A DNA stretch of 57,528 nucleotides, filler included, from Sphacelaria rigidula (GCA_964200075.2; 4 parts of 4 records of this genome joined end to end with filler, not necessarily neighbours in it), one strand, 5' to 3'. Shown: positions 1 to 12,019, counted from the first letter of the whole stretch. Notes: a model not told the origin generated them from the sequence alone. Made by a program: numbers and translations.

Positions 1-122
1 CGATATTCGATACGTATCGTGTCACTTTCAGAATATCGACAAAAAGATCGATATCGGCGGTTGTGGTTCGATATTTTAAAAATATCTATCGAACTTTTGT
101 CTTGGTCCGATATGCAACCCTG
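1..122. mobile_element. Right end of a hAT-like non-autonomous element, truncated by the window edge
   Basis: Region is dense in (A)TATCGA/TCGATA subterminal motifs and ends in ...TATGCAACCCTG (reverse complement CAGGGTTGCATA). CAGGG/TAGGG termini are typical of hAT TIRs. The partner TIR is outside the window. Confidence 0.45.
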
Positions 123-203
123 ATATGAGCACGCCACCTGACTGATTACCCGGGCCATCTCAGCAACAAGAACGGTAAAATGAATTATGCCATTTACCAT
201 GTA

Positions 204-2372
204 TCACGCCCGAGGAGAAGCACTAGATACCCCTAGCTCCAACTTCACGTTCGGATTCTCCTCTACCTCGTGAAGAGCCGCATCATCAAATGTGCCCGAG
301 CATCTAGATACCACTACCAGCGAACCACAGGGACGCCCCGTGCCCCCACCGCTACTTTTGATGAATCCATTACCACCACGTTCGCTGTTCCCACCACTTG
401 AAGGGGAGGTCTGCTCGCGACACTTTCTCCCATCGCTGAGGTGTGTAGGAGTACAGACTGTCAGCTCTACCTTCGTTCCTGCTCTCGCTCCTGCCCACGA
501 AGGCACTTCATCATCAGCCCTCGAAGGTGGGTGTCCCGGGAGCAAATATGGACGTCCCGACAGCGGCGGTGTCCTTCCCCCCTGCCTGGAACGGGTGCAC
601 GCACTACGGCGAGCACCTACGCCGTCGTTTGTGCCAGAACCTGAGAGTGCTGCGCGCTTGCGCTTCACTCCTTGTACATCAGCAACGCTTCCTCCGTCAC
701 TCTCCGTGACGCCATGGCCGGGGTAGCTCTCACCAGTGTTGAGCTTCGTGGTGTCAAAAATCGTGGCTGTGTCGTATGCACTAGCATGCTGTTGGGAAGG
801 CGTTCCATCATCGAAGGTGTCCCTCTTGTCGTGAGATGAGTTGGAGCACCCTTTCTGTCGGCACCTGTTACCCGCCATATTTACCATCCCCACCCTGTGC
901 TTGGAGGAAACCGCCGCCTTCTTGCTCCCCGATACATCATATGACGGCTGCGCAGGAGCACCCTCAGAGCTCCACATCTTGCTCTTCACATAAACCATTC
1001 CCGCCCTGGCATGCTTGGAGCAAAACTTCGCCTTCTTGCTTCCCGCGACACCATACGACGGATGGGAGGAGCAGTCATCGTGGCCGCACATATCGTTTTT
1101 CATAAATATCGTTCCCTTCTTGGCATGCTTGGAACAAAATTCCGCCTTCTTGCTTCCCGTCAACCCATATGACGACTGCGTGGAGCAGCCCTCGTGGCCG
1201 CACTTGGTGTTCTTCACATCTGCCGTTCCTGGGCTGGCGTGCTTGGAGCAAAACTCCGCCTTCATGCTTCCCAATACACCATACGATGGCCGCGCGGAGC
1301 AGCCCTGGCGGCCGCACATGTTGCTCTTCACATGCACCATTCCTTCCCTGGCATGCTTGGAGCAAAACTCCTTCTTCTTGCCTCCCACTACACCATACGA
1401 CGGCTGCGTCGTGCAGTCCTCGTGACTGCACGTCTTGTCCTTCACATTCACCATTCCCGCCCTGGCATGCTTGAAGCAAAACTCCGCCTTCTTGCTTCCC
1501 GCTACACCATACGACGGCTGCGTCGTGCAGCCCTCGTCGCTGCACGTCTTTTGCCTCACGTTTACCATCCCCGCCTCGGCATGCTTGGAGCAAAACTCCG
1601 CGATCTTGCTTCCTGCCATACCATATAACGACCGCGTGGAGCAGTCCTCGTATCCGCACTTCTTGCGCACTACATTCACCATTCCCGCCTTGGTATGCTT
1701 GAAGCAAAACTCCGCCTTCTTGCTCCCCGCTACACCATACGACGAATGCGTGAGGCAGCCATCGTAGCCGCACCTCTTGTGCACTACGTTCATCATTCCC
1801 GCCCTGGCATGCTTGGAGCAAAACTCCGCCTTCTTGCTTCCCAATACACCATACGAAGGAAGCGTGGTGCAGCCCTCGTCGCTGCACGTCTTGTTTTTCA
1901 CATTCACCATTCCTGCCCTGGCATGCTTGGAGCAAAACTCCGCCTTCTTGCTTCCCGCTACACCATAGTACGGGTGGGTGGAGCAGTCCTTGTGGCCACA
2001 CATATTGTTCTTCACATTCACCATTCCCGCCCTGGCATGCTTGGAGCAAAACTCCGCCTTCTTGCTTCCCGCTACACCATACGACGGCTGCGTCGTGCAG
2101 CCCTCGTCGCTGCACGTCTTTTGTCTCACGTTCACCATCCCCGCCCCGGCATGCTTGGAGCAAAACTCCGCGATCTTGCTTCTTGCCATACCATATGACG
2201 ACCGCGTGGAGCAGCCCTCATGGCCGCACTTCTCGCGCACTACATTCACCATTGCCGCCTTGATATGCTTGAAGCAAAACTCCGCCTTCTTGCTCCCCGC
2301 TACACCATACGACGGGGTCTTCGAGCAGCTTTCGTCACTGCACACCCGTTTCGCGTCATCCACCATTTTCAC
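204..2372 (-). CDS. EsV-1-7 domain tandem-repeat protein: 12 intact 38-aa C-x4-C-x16-C-x2-H units, 2 degenerate units and a Ser/Gly-rich C-terminal tail (about 722 aa; true start uncertain)
   Basis: ORF repeats the consensus CxxxGCxTxPSYGVAGSKKAEFCSKHAxAGMVNV with a 114-bp period. This matches the EsV-1-7 cysteine-rich repeat known from Ectocarpus siliculosus virus-1 and the expanded brown-algal family that includes IMMEDIATE UPRIGHT. The ORF track starts at GTG; the first ATG is at 2366, and an upstream exon is possible. Confidence 0.9.
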   Translation of the reverse strand: MKMVDDAKRVCSDESCSKTPSYGVAGSKKAEFCFKHIKAAMVNVVREKCGHEGCSTRSSYGMARSKIAEFCSKHAGAGMVNVRQKTCSDEGCTTQPSYGVAGSKKAEFCSKHARAGMVNVKNNMCGHKDCSTHPYYGVAGSKKAEFCSKHARAGMVNVKNKTCSDEGCTTLPSYGVLGSKKAEFCSKHARAGMMNVVHKRCGYDGCLTHSSYGVAGSKKAEFCFKHTKAGMVNVVRKKCGYEDCSTRSLYGMAGSKIAEFCSKHAEAGMVNVRQKTCSDEGCTTQPSYGVAGSKKAEFCFKHARAGMVNVKDKTCSHEDCTTQPSYGVVGGKKKEFCSKHAREGMVHVKSNMCGRQGCSARPSYGVLGSMKAEFCSKHASPGTADVKNTKCGHEGCSTQSSYGLTGSKKAEFCSKHAKKGTIFMKNDMCGHDDCSSHPSYGVAGSKKAKFCSKHARAGMVYVKSKMWSSEGAPAQPSYDVSGSKKAAVSSKHRVGMVNMAGNRCRQKGCSNSSHDKRDTFDDGTPSQQHASAYDTATIFDTTKLNTGESYPGHGVTESDGGSVADVQGVKRKRAALSGSGTNDGVGARRSACTRSRQGGRTPPLSGRPYLLPGHPPSRADDEVPSWAGARAGTKVELTVCTPTHLSDGRKCREQTSPSSGGNSERGGNGFIKSSGGGTGRPCGSLVVVSRCSGTFDDAALHEVEENPNVKLELGVSSASPRA

Positions 2373-3759
2373 CGTAGCGTACTAGGAGCAAAACCCCGCT
2401 TCGTAGCCCTGTAAACCGTCAGATGGCGGCCTGGAGCAGCCCTTATTGATGGACCTTCTTCTAGCGTCGTCGGCCGTCAGCCTTCGGTGGTGCTTCTCCG
2501 AAAACTATCTGCTTGCGGTAGCACAAGTACCAAGGCAGTGGAAAAAACTTCGTGAACCATGGGCCAAGGTGGGTTGACACGCTTTGCAGAACATTAGCGT
2601 TTGTTTTTGCTGCACATACTACTGAGGAAAAGCGCCTGCCTGCATTCGACTCGGAAGACGCTGCATGTAAGCTGACGCCAACTCGCAAGATGATTCCAGC
2701 GAATGGGACGCCCTTCATCTACACTATTACAGTTGGAATCGAAAGCGGATCAAACACTAGGGTAGTACAACAGAAAGACCACCATGTTACATGGCACATG
2801 TAAAGCACAATTCTGATGCTGAAGGATGCCGTATCAAACGGGAATGCCTGGTTGACAAATATTCCAGAGTAACAAACGTAGGGCTTGCAGGTCACACACG
2901 ACGAGTCAGCTAGGAACTGTTGAGCAAAACGAAGAGCCTGAAATAAGCAGAGGGTGAGCGATCGCTTTAAAGCATCACGTGAGCAAAATACTCGGGACAC
3001 ATTTGAACGGGCGCAAGTGTGGGGAGGCGGCAGCAGCGTTGCTGTTCAGCAGCGCCAAGAAAAATGCATATGCCGTATCATGGCTTGGAAGAAGGGTCGG
3101 GATGATAATGAACTATTCCAAATGTAGCGGCTAGATTTTTATACAAACGCAGTTGCTCACTGATGTTGCGAACTCTCTGAAAACAATGGTTTTTCGGAAC
3201 AAGGTGTGTGCGAAAAGCGCCAACCAAAGTACACCAACAAGAACATGCGATTACCTCAGCCAGCCTGGAAGCAGGTCTGTAGGTTAAAGGCCGCTCCTCA
3301 CGTCCATCTTGAGAATTAGACGTTTCAATTTGGCACAGGAAACCGCTAGGACATAATAAGAACAGAAGGTCTTTGGAACTTTGAAAATTTCATTCGTTCA
3401 TAGGTTGAGAGCAAAATACGATGCTCATGTTTCACCAAAACGGCGCCTAATATCCAATATGAAACCGAACTTCGTGTCTCATGAGGGCCTTGATGATCGA
3501 CACGGGTTTTTCGGACATCGCCATTTTAGGCGTTTCCGTATCTGATGCTTGGCGTTTTCCGAAAATGAAGCGGCTAGATTTTTTCGCCATGCCTTCACGT
3601 ATGGCGAGCGCCGAATATTCCGGACCGCAGCGCAATACTCTGCAGAGCTGCCCTTGGCGCCCGCCGTGGCGCTCGCAAGCAGATGAGAATCATCAACCTT
3701 GCTAGAGACACCCTGGGCTATGTAAAAGAAAACGCACCGCGGGTTGGCGGTATTTATCT

Positions 3760-4430
3760 CCTTAGGCGGTTGTGTGCCCCGGCAGCGGTGTTGGAGCTGT
3801 TGGGGTCAAGCACGGTAGTCGTCGTTTGCACACAAACGCACTTTCGAAGTGAGGAGCAGAAACAATCAATTCGCCACCTACTTGCCTGCAGTGCTGCTAC
3901 GAGTGTACGCTATCGCACCGTCCGGAAAGGTTATAGCTGGTGGTTTTATCGGGTGTATCTGCGCATACAACTCACAGAAAGAAAGCATGCTGCAATCTAG
4001 GCACGGGGCTTTCTGCGGTCGGTATTTTTACTTATGTTTGCTCCTGCAGCATCCTGAGAGAGCCGGTCGATCACGCCCTAGCCTATCCGATTGCCCCCCG
4101 TGTCACAGAAGGGTTATGATAAAGATGATTACCACATATTCCAGTGCTACGATACCTACGCCCTGTTGCTGAAGGTTTGTGATTTTCTCCAGAATAGAAG
4201 AGGACATACCGCCGTGGCGGAGGTCAGAACCAGAGGCTGGACATGGGTTTTGTACTCTAGCCTCCGTTGTTACCCAGGTTAGTTAGTAAATGTAAGAGTA
4301 GCGATGCGTAGAGGGCGTTCACCGCTGGTCGCTGGATTGCAGATGTGCGGCTCAGACTGTGAGTGTTTCATCTCCATGGTGTGTGGGGTTGGTTTACTCC
4401 ATGGGAAAGATGCTTTGATCCTGTTCTTGG
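3760..4430 (+). pseudogene. Decayed WD40-like repeat coding segment (frameshifted)
   Basis: Reading across frames gives LELLGSSTVVVVC...LLACSAATSVRY, AIAPSGKVIAGG.IGCICAYN and RRGHTAVAEV. Codons 3809-3919 align without gaps to 9964-10074 (20/37 identical aa, 9 synonymous third-position changes). The WD40 assignment is motif resemblance only. Confidence 0.45.
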
Positions 4431-5849
4431 GTGCGACTAACAGCTGAGGGTTAACATATAAATAAATAAAGTCTATGTGATCATTATGGGAGGGTCCACA
4501 TAGCTCTGATCATGAGGGCAGAACTCTACATTTCAACTCAGGAGAAATACGGCGACAAGATCAGCTGCCATCGGTTCGATGCACATTTCGTCTACGTGGC
4601 GATATATGGTACGAAAGCATCGAGGAACACCATCGGGGCACGATTCATGCATCGGTACCGGCGGGAAAACGTTCAGCAAATACGTGCCGGCGGAAGGCTA
4701 CATCTGCGGGTGCATTGGTGTTCCAGCTTGTTCCTAAGAGGTGTTCTCTGTTGCACAAAAATACGTGACGTGTCCCGCAATCGTCGGTGAACCTCGTGCA
4801 GCCAGGACAATACATTAGCGGGATACGGCAACTCCGACACGCACTATCGGACCATGGGTCGTGCAACGACAGTTCGACGTCTGAAACCTTTTTACCAGAT
4901 ACGCGGCGGCGTGAAAAGAATGTATTCGCTTCCGGCAACTTCGTATTTTTCAAGCGTTTGTATTGACACGGCATGATTTCTGATCATATGTCAGAGAGGT
5001 TCCATGAGATGTTCCATATATAAAGGCACCCGATGCTCCTCATCGGAATGGTACGATTAGGCTGCTCTCATGTGCTGTGCTGTGTCGTGTCATGGCTGCT
5101 GCTGGTGTTCATGAGCTGCAGTGGCGAGCCTACACACACGTCGCAACATATATCGTGCTTAACAGGGTATCATGTGAGGTCGGCGCGTGTATACTGTGCT
5201 TGCCATGAACTCGAAGACAACGGTGCAGTGTAGGGCGTTCTGTGAACCCTCACAATCGTTGGCGACCGGGTATGGGGTTCCGCGGTGTGGATGAGCTGCA
5301 CAGGGTGGTGAGGACGACTTTGTATAAGTCTTCTCGTGTAACGGCAAGCACGCGAGAGTGCTTCGTGCAAAACATCATTAGAGAAGAAAGGGGAGGCCAC
5401 TCTGGCATGAGAGTCCAAGTCCCAAGGAGTGGTGGGGGTGTGTCTCTGCTTCAGAACTATCGACCCATATATGCAATGATGCTATGCTGTAAGTTTTTAT
5501 CTCACCCCAACGTGTAGTAAAAACTAATCCCAAGGACGGGATATACATTCGGGGGGGGGGGTCCCAGCAGAGTACGGTGGATCGCGGCATGACCGCACTA
5601 TGCTGGGTCCCTGCACTATAGTAATATATTGCAGCTATTTGCATCAGTACAACGGATCGAAGTGACGACAGGTATCTTTGACTTCACCGTGGTAAAACTC
5701 TCACTGTACGAAGTAATACCGTGAAAAGCTATCGACCGACGGGGCATGACCATTCGATATTTCTCAGAACAATACTTGCGAGTTTTCACAGGGTGACATA
5801 ATGACCAAAGCCACCCGCACGGAAATCGCCACCCTCCTCGCACCCAGTC

Positions 5850-7030
5850 CCGAGAAAAATATATCTGAGAACATCCGCCGATTCCACGATGGCATGCAGG
5901 CCCGCGTACGCATGGACGAGGGGGGGCGTTCGGAGTGGTTCGAGGTGATACAAGGACTGCGGCAAGGATGTGTGCTTTCTCTGCTGCTGTTCATTTTTGT
6001 GTTCGATGCGGCGCTCGAGACAGTTCTTCGTGCGATTCAGCGAGGTCGACGTCATTTTCAAAGAAGACATGGTATATTTCGACGAGGACGTGGTGAGGGG
6101 GACAGAAACACCTCTGGAACGTGTGCGGAGAGCGGTGTAGGAAATGCTTCATGCCGATGATGCGGCCGTCATCTTGAGGTCTCCTGACGGCCTGGCAAGG
6201 ATGATGACCGATATAGTTCGCGTGTTCGGGGCCTTAGGACTGATGATGTCGGAAAAGAAGACAGAGTCTCTGCTGATGCGAGTACCGAATAAATCGCAAC
6301 AGAAGGGGGAGCCACCAACATGACCTCCTCCACCGCTGGTCATCAAAGCAGCGGGCCAGACGTACGCACAAACCACGAAGTTGCGATACTTGGGTGGTCT
6401 CGCCATGGAACATGGCGAGCTCACACACCAGATCAACAGCCGGAGAACAACTGTGTTGGCGTGCATCAAAAAGTGTTTGTCGGGAGCTCTTTGACTGACC
6501 AAAAGCACCGTGACAACTCAAGGTCAAACTGTTGAAGGCGGAGGCGATGGAGGCCCTACTACACGAATGCATGACGCGGGTCCCACGCCTGGCGAGGACT
6601 ACCGGTTGCTGATGACGGTACACTATCAGCTTCTCCTGCGGGTTATCGGGTACCGCCACGTGCGTGGCACATACTGATAGCAATCGTACTCCCAGGCCCT
6701 CGAGAGGACCGGACGCCAAAGTGGCGAAACCATCACCCAGCAACAGCTACTGCTGTTCACGACAGTCCTGGCTAGACAACCGGAGGCATGATCACCGAAG
6801 CGACTGGAATTTGAAACACTCGTGTTCGAGCTTCCGGAGCAACAAACGGCTCTAAGGACGACAACCGACAGACGTGAGAAGCTGAAAGTGCCCTCTGGTC
6901 CTCAAGAGTGAAAAAGGAAGGGGGGATACCGTGGCACGCGGGGGTGCTGCAGGGAGCGGAGAGGTTCATGCGGTCTCGGTACAAGAATGACGAGGAGGGC
7001 AGCCGAAAAAGTGCGCATAACCGGGGTTTT
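5850..7030 (+). mobile_element. 5'-truncated, degenerate non-LTR retrotransposon (RTE-like LINE) reverse transcriptase
   Basis: [13 protein letters not shown]...[19 protein letters not shown] (RT QG motif), then MLHADDAAV (YADD changed to HADD, about 6144-6170), GLMMSEKKTE, KLRYLGG and a C-terminal GAERFM. It carries multiple stops and frameshifts. Confidence 0.9.
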
Positions 7031-7198
7031 TTAGGAGAGCAGGGATGACATGGAAGAATGCGTAGACAGCTTGTACCGAACTGAACAGGACGGAAGCGGC
7101 AAGACTCCCCATCATCTCTCCTTGTCTTCTTTCTTGCTACCATTTACAGACTTTCATGCACCTCCCCTGAGGTTGTGTAATGTTATTTGTTTTTTTTC

Positions 7199-7445
7199 TG
7201 TTGGTGCCTAGTATATTCGTATAAATGGCTGTCCCGCTAGAGGTACAGGAATAGAACCTTGCGATTCTTACGGCTTTGGGTGGTGATCTTGGTCCTTGCG
7301 TTTGGCTCCCGTCCTGTACTTGGCTTCCCGTGTTGAGTGGGCCAGTAGGCCCTGCCTCCAGTATCCCGAATAGTCGCATAGAGCATCGGAACTTGAGAGC
7401 TCAGCAAGAGTTACCGTTCTTCGGTTATTGTTCTTGAATTCAACA
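7199..7445 (+). mobile_element. Possible solo LTR (Copia-like termini)
   Basis: Begins TGTTG and ends CAACA, with an internal TATAAA near 7220. No matching 5-bp TSD is visible. Confidence 0.3.
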
Positions 7446-8049
7446 CGAGATCTCGGATCTACATGTAGTGGTGGAGCTCCAGCCCGTACTTACTTCGGAA
7501 GTGACGGCACAGTACAGTCATCAGTTGCCAGTCGCACCGATCCTGCGTCTCTTCGCTTTCTTCACTTCTTCGTTTCTCTCTGTTCCTACGCCATGACTAT
7601 CGGGGTTGACGTTTACAGGTTGATTGTTTGATTGATCACAGTGAGTTCCGGTACTGAACGGATTGAACCCAGCGTTAGGGATACGGATAGGGCCAGGTTC
7701 GCGGGGTCGTATATGGCAGATTCCCCTGCCTGAGGTGCTTGAGCCCCAGAACATAAAACCTCCGAACAGTTCGAGCTGGGGTTCACTGCCGAGTAAAGCC
7801 ACAGAAAGTCTAGGGTTAAGCCCTACCCACGCCGCTTCATGCGACGACGCTCCGCAGTAAATTAGGACAGTATTTTGAGTATACAAGAACAAGAACCCAG
7901 CATCGAGCTCAGTGAACCTTTATGTATTCTCAACACCAGGAGCTCCCGTTTCGGCAGCAGGATGTTTTGCACGGTCTGACGGCCTAATCGCAACGGCTCC
8001 ATCATCACAAATTTATCGTGACTGGAGTTTTGCGTGTGCTGTGTAAAAA

Positions 8050-8640
8050 TATTCACCCAGACACGTTTGTGGTGAACGGCATTGCCTGTATCGACACTAT
8101 GGTATAGTAGTGCAGCAAAGGTCTCCACCGAGGTCAGTGGCACGCCTCTAACCCTACATGGTACGGGCTGCCCTTTTCGCAAGCGAAACGATTTGTAAAC
8201 CTGATCCTGATCGAGCTCGCCATCGCGGTGACCATTCCGCAACTCCACCCTAGTAGGAAACACCGATTTCTCCATGCCCTCACGTGCCGGACGCGTGCTT
8301 GTGTCCGTGTGACGACTTTATTCAACAGCTGACCAAGTACAGACTCTTGGGTTAACAGCGATAAAGGAGATGAAGCTTTCGTCATCGCCAGCTTCATTTA
8401 TCTACGTCGAACCGTTACCATTGCAGATCATCAAATCATCTCTGGTGAACACTATCATGTGATGGATCTTACCACCCAAATCCTGCAGCGGAGGCATGGT
8501 GCACCTCTTGACACTTTAGCGGCAGTGTGCAACAACGAGTTGTGTGCGTATGCAATCCAGTGTGTCGCCGTTTGCACACGGAAGGGAAAGTTGTATTGTT
8601 GCAGTCCTTTGACATGTGCAAATGGCTATGTAGCCAAGTC
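8050..8640 (+). pseudogene. Decayed WD40-like repeat coding segment
   Basis: An open stretch from 8333 reads PSTDSWVNS...RRTVTIADHQIISGEHYHVMDLTTQILQRRHGA...AIQCVAVCTRKGKLYCCS. LQRRHGA resembles LQSRHGA near 3990. Upstream VVNGIACIDTMV**CS contains stops. Confidence 0.35.
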
Positions 8641-9468
8641 TGCTCGGGTAGGCGACCTGGTCAAGGGCGACTCCGCTGTGACACAGGGGCGACCCCGGAT
8701 GCCCTTCCGGGTCAGCTTAGCTTGAAGCTGTTTTCTGTTCGGGTTGCATTGTCTACGGGATTGTCATTGACAGGAACCATAGAAACAATAATTTATTTTC
8801 CTCTGTCGATTGTGCGTTCAGAGATTTTTCAACAGTCACCCTGTCCTTTTACGCAATCAACCTGGTCACGATGATGTTCCCTTTCTCCGCACTTAGCCCT
8901 ACGCCAGTTGTCACCGTAGAGCTTCTCAGGGTTCACACGTACGCTTCGGCAAACCACATCCCTATCCCTCATGTTTTCTTCCCGGGGTATTTTTCGCCCC
9001 CCTCCCCCCCCCGTGGGGACCCTCTCATGTGGGAACGCATACATGCAGTCCGGGAATACATACCGCATGCAGAGTGCTCCGATTTAAGCGGTAGGCTACC
9101 GATATTTCCGATTACTATGGTACCCGCTACGTACTAACATTTCTGCGTTAGTCCTCCGGCACCGTACCGTGCCGCACCGCTGCTCGGGAGAACCACATGC
9201 CGTATCCCGAGGGGAAACGAAGGAAATATGATATCAACCCCCTTCCCTACCGCACTTCAACCGTACCGCACACCCGGTGTACCGCAGTTATACCGCCAAA
9301 CGGAACTCAAGTATCGTACCGTGCAAGCACTCTCCAAAGATCGTAACCGAGGATAGCTCCAGAGGTTTCGCGCTTCATGGATCATACAGCACAGTACTCG
9401 AAGCTGTGTCTGCCGAAGGGCTCGTCAGCACTTTCGTCCCACCCGTGGGCTACGGCTTGTAAAACCTT

Positions 9469-9690
9469 CAAGGGCAGATCGGGTAGGTATAGTGGTACAA
9501 AATACCCGGGTATTTACTCCACCAACGGTTTGGGCAGATTGGGTACGACCTCAAATACTCTACCCACAGTTTGGTTAGATTGGGTATGATGTCAATACTA
9601 TACCCGAATATTAGGTAAGCAATGTCAGCAATATCTGGGTTCGAGTTTCACTTTGGTGTGTCAATACCCTACCCAACGTTCGGGTATTCA
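9469..9690 (+). mobile_element. Truncated hAT-type MITE (CAAGGGCAGATCGGG TIR family)
   Basis: Same left TIR and GGGTA/TACCC internal motifs as the elements at 28977-29674 and 41447-41600. Confidence 0.6.
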
Positions 9691-9909
9691 TAGCCTGGAT
9701 CCGTTTTTAAGGTTCAACGTTTGGGTGAGGGTGAGTTCACCATCGAAATTTCATGTGTTTCATCCAACAGGCTCGGGATTCGCAAGCGGTTTCGACCATG
9801 TACCCCTAACTCAGAAGGTTCTGTACGGCATCCCAAGCACGATGAGCAGTTCAACCGAAGAATCACCGTCATTTTTGCGGCATCTTTTGAACAGAACGTG
9901 CCTCTAAGC

Positions 9910-10150
9910 GCTACAGGACACGTAACAGGGCGATGTCTCCGTCGCGCAACTGCCGCCGACGCAAGTACAGTGCTGTCCGTTTGTGTACATGCATATTTTC
10001 GAAGTGAAGAGCAGGCAAAATGTAGCAGCGAGATAGTCGCCTGCTGTGCAGACACGAGCGTCAGCTACCGCACCTCTGTAACGTCTACTAAGCTCCTGGC
10101 AGCCCCGGGGGGAAATACAGATACAGTCAGATCGGTGAAACGAGCAAAAA
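9910..10150 (+). pseudogene. WD40-like coding segment paralogous to 3809-3919
   Basis: HVTGRCLRR...STVLSVC...IVACCADTSVSY...LLAAPGGNTDTVRSV resembles the WD40 pattern TG.CLR.L.GH.STVLSV / IVSCS.D.SV / GHTDTVRSV. Synonymous-biased similarity to the 3.8-kb segment. Confidence 0.45.
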
Positions 10151-12019
10151 CAAAACTGGACACACACACAACGAGAGCTTGTGGCAACTCCCACGCTTGG
10201 GGTTGTTTCGCCCGTAGCGCCCATGAGAGGTGCTTCATCCAGTCTGAACCAGCTATCACGCCTTGTATGGTAACTTTCTTCCTGGCAGAGTTAGAAACTG
10301 GAGTCGGGGTGGGCTGCGTCGCTGCATCGGGATAGTTGCAATCCGTTTTTTTTACAGCCCGCAGCACATTGGCAGATGAGGTAGCAAAAAATCTAGCACA
10401 TACAGCCACCTCCCACCCGCAGTCATTTGTTTAACCTTTGCACAGCCTATGTATATATACAATACGTATATATGCAGAAGATGTGCTTTATCCCCCACGT
10501 ACAGTGGTGCTTGGCGATTTGTAGGAGGAGGTGTGCGGGAGAGGCACGGCTCCATCTATCCCGCCACTGGGTTGGCGAGCCTACCGCCTGCGAAACCCTC
10601 CTAAAATGCGGTACTGTACAGTGTATGCTCCGGGTAAATTGTACGTTTTTTCGAAATCATCTCTCCTCCTAGGTCCCAAAGGGAGTCTGAACTGCCTTGC
10701 GAAAGTGCTGGCGGCCTCCTTTCGGATATGGTATGTGACAACTGTGGGGATTAGGGTTAGCGCGCAGGGACAGTTCTGAAGTGACGGATGGTTTTGTTGG
10801 GAAGCAGTCGTTCATTGTAACAGGTATGAACCGTTCAAGCAAGGAGATTTCGCTTCTGAGCAGGGAAAGGTGTACTACAGTACCCCGGAGTACTATTCTA
10901 CATGTTTCATTTCGAAGCGCGAAAAATCTTGTACTATTCTCATACACCATGTCACTCCGCAGCCGCTATTCCGGCACGCAGGTGCAACAGTGACGATGCC
11001 TGACAGCACAGTATTTCTCCGCACTCCAATGCACCAGCGGTCAGCATTTAACTCTTCCGTTTCTCTCGGATGAACAACATGTCCTGTTTTTTCGCGAGAA
11101 TTTGCGCTCTCGTCGCGGAATTTTACTCCTCCGGAATTTCACACTTTCGGTCACTTTGGCATCACTGACTACTTTACCTCTCCCGTTTGTTTTCTCTCAG
11201 GGAACCCGTGACTCTGAGACCAGGGATTTCGCGGGGCCTTTGCCAACTATTTGTGCTAGTGACCACCACTGTTCACCAGTGAATATCACTCTTTCCTTCT
11301 CGGAGATTACCGCAACCTGTTACCCCGGCAGCTCTCGGAACTTTTACCTGAAAGAGGCCTGATAATGATGCCGATTAACAAGAGCCGGTCGGCCGTTTCT
11401 CTGTGATAAATCCCATGTCCTGCTGCTGCCCGTGCGCACCTCTCTCGCTGTTGGGCACATCTCCCCCCCTTTTTCGCCATCACTACCCAACTTGTCTCCT
11501 CTCTGTGCCATTTTGTTTTGCTGGAGCTCACCGCGTGCGGCGCGGTGGCGCGAAAGTGCTTCGTACATCCGAGGGTAGTGTGCTATGGCAACCGATTGAA
11601 AGCCGGTATGCAAGTCCGACCCTCGTCAAGTAAAAATGGTGCCGATGCCAAAAATCAACACTTCCTGCGCTAAAGGTGTTTACCGGAAGCTTGCGGCCTG
11701 GCGGGGAATGCGGCGTCGAGCACATTCATCGTGAGACTTCTGTGCATGAGTGCCATGCTGTGGCGCGAACGTGCCCGGGACATCCGAGGGTAGTGTGTTG
11801 TGACATCCACAAGTGAAAGCCAGTGCGAAAAGATTCGCAGGCGGGTAGCTGCAGAAACATTTCCATACCTCGAGATATTCTGTTTCGAGCCGTACGGTCT
11901 GACTTCTTCGCGAACTGTGTCTCTACAGGGGCATTTCCTACAGTAATATCATGGTCGTTGATTGCATGTACCTCAGATTAGGCGGGCCAAAGAGTTCCAG
12001 GGAATCTGTCGCTTCTCGG

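Noticed and set aside
1075..2163. 362-aa overlapping minus-strand ORF and several + strand ORFs over the EsV-1-7 array
   Set aside because: Shadow frames that stay open because the 114-bp unit lacks stops in them; no independent evidence of coding.
850..2350. Regular repeat with variable segments, superficially CRISPR-like
   Set aside because: The period is exactly 38 codons within an ORF, the variable parts are homologous to each other, the context is eukaryotic and there are no cas genes.
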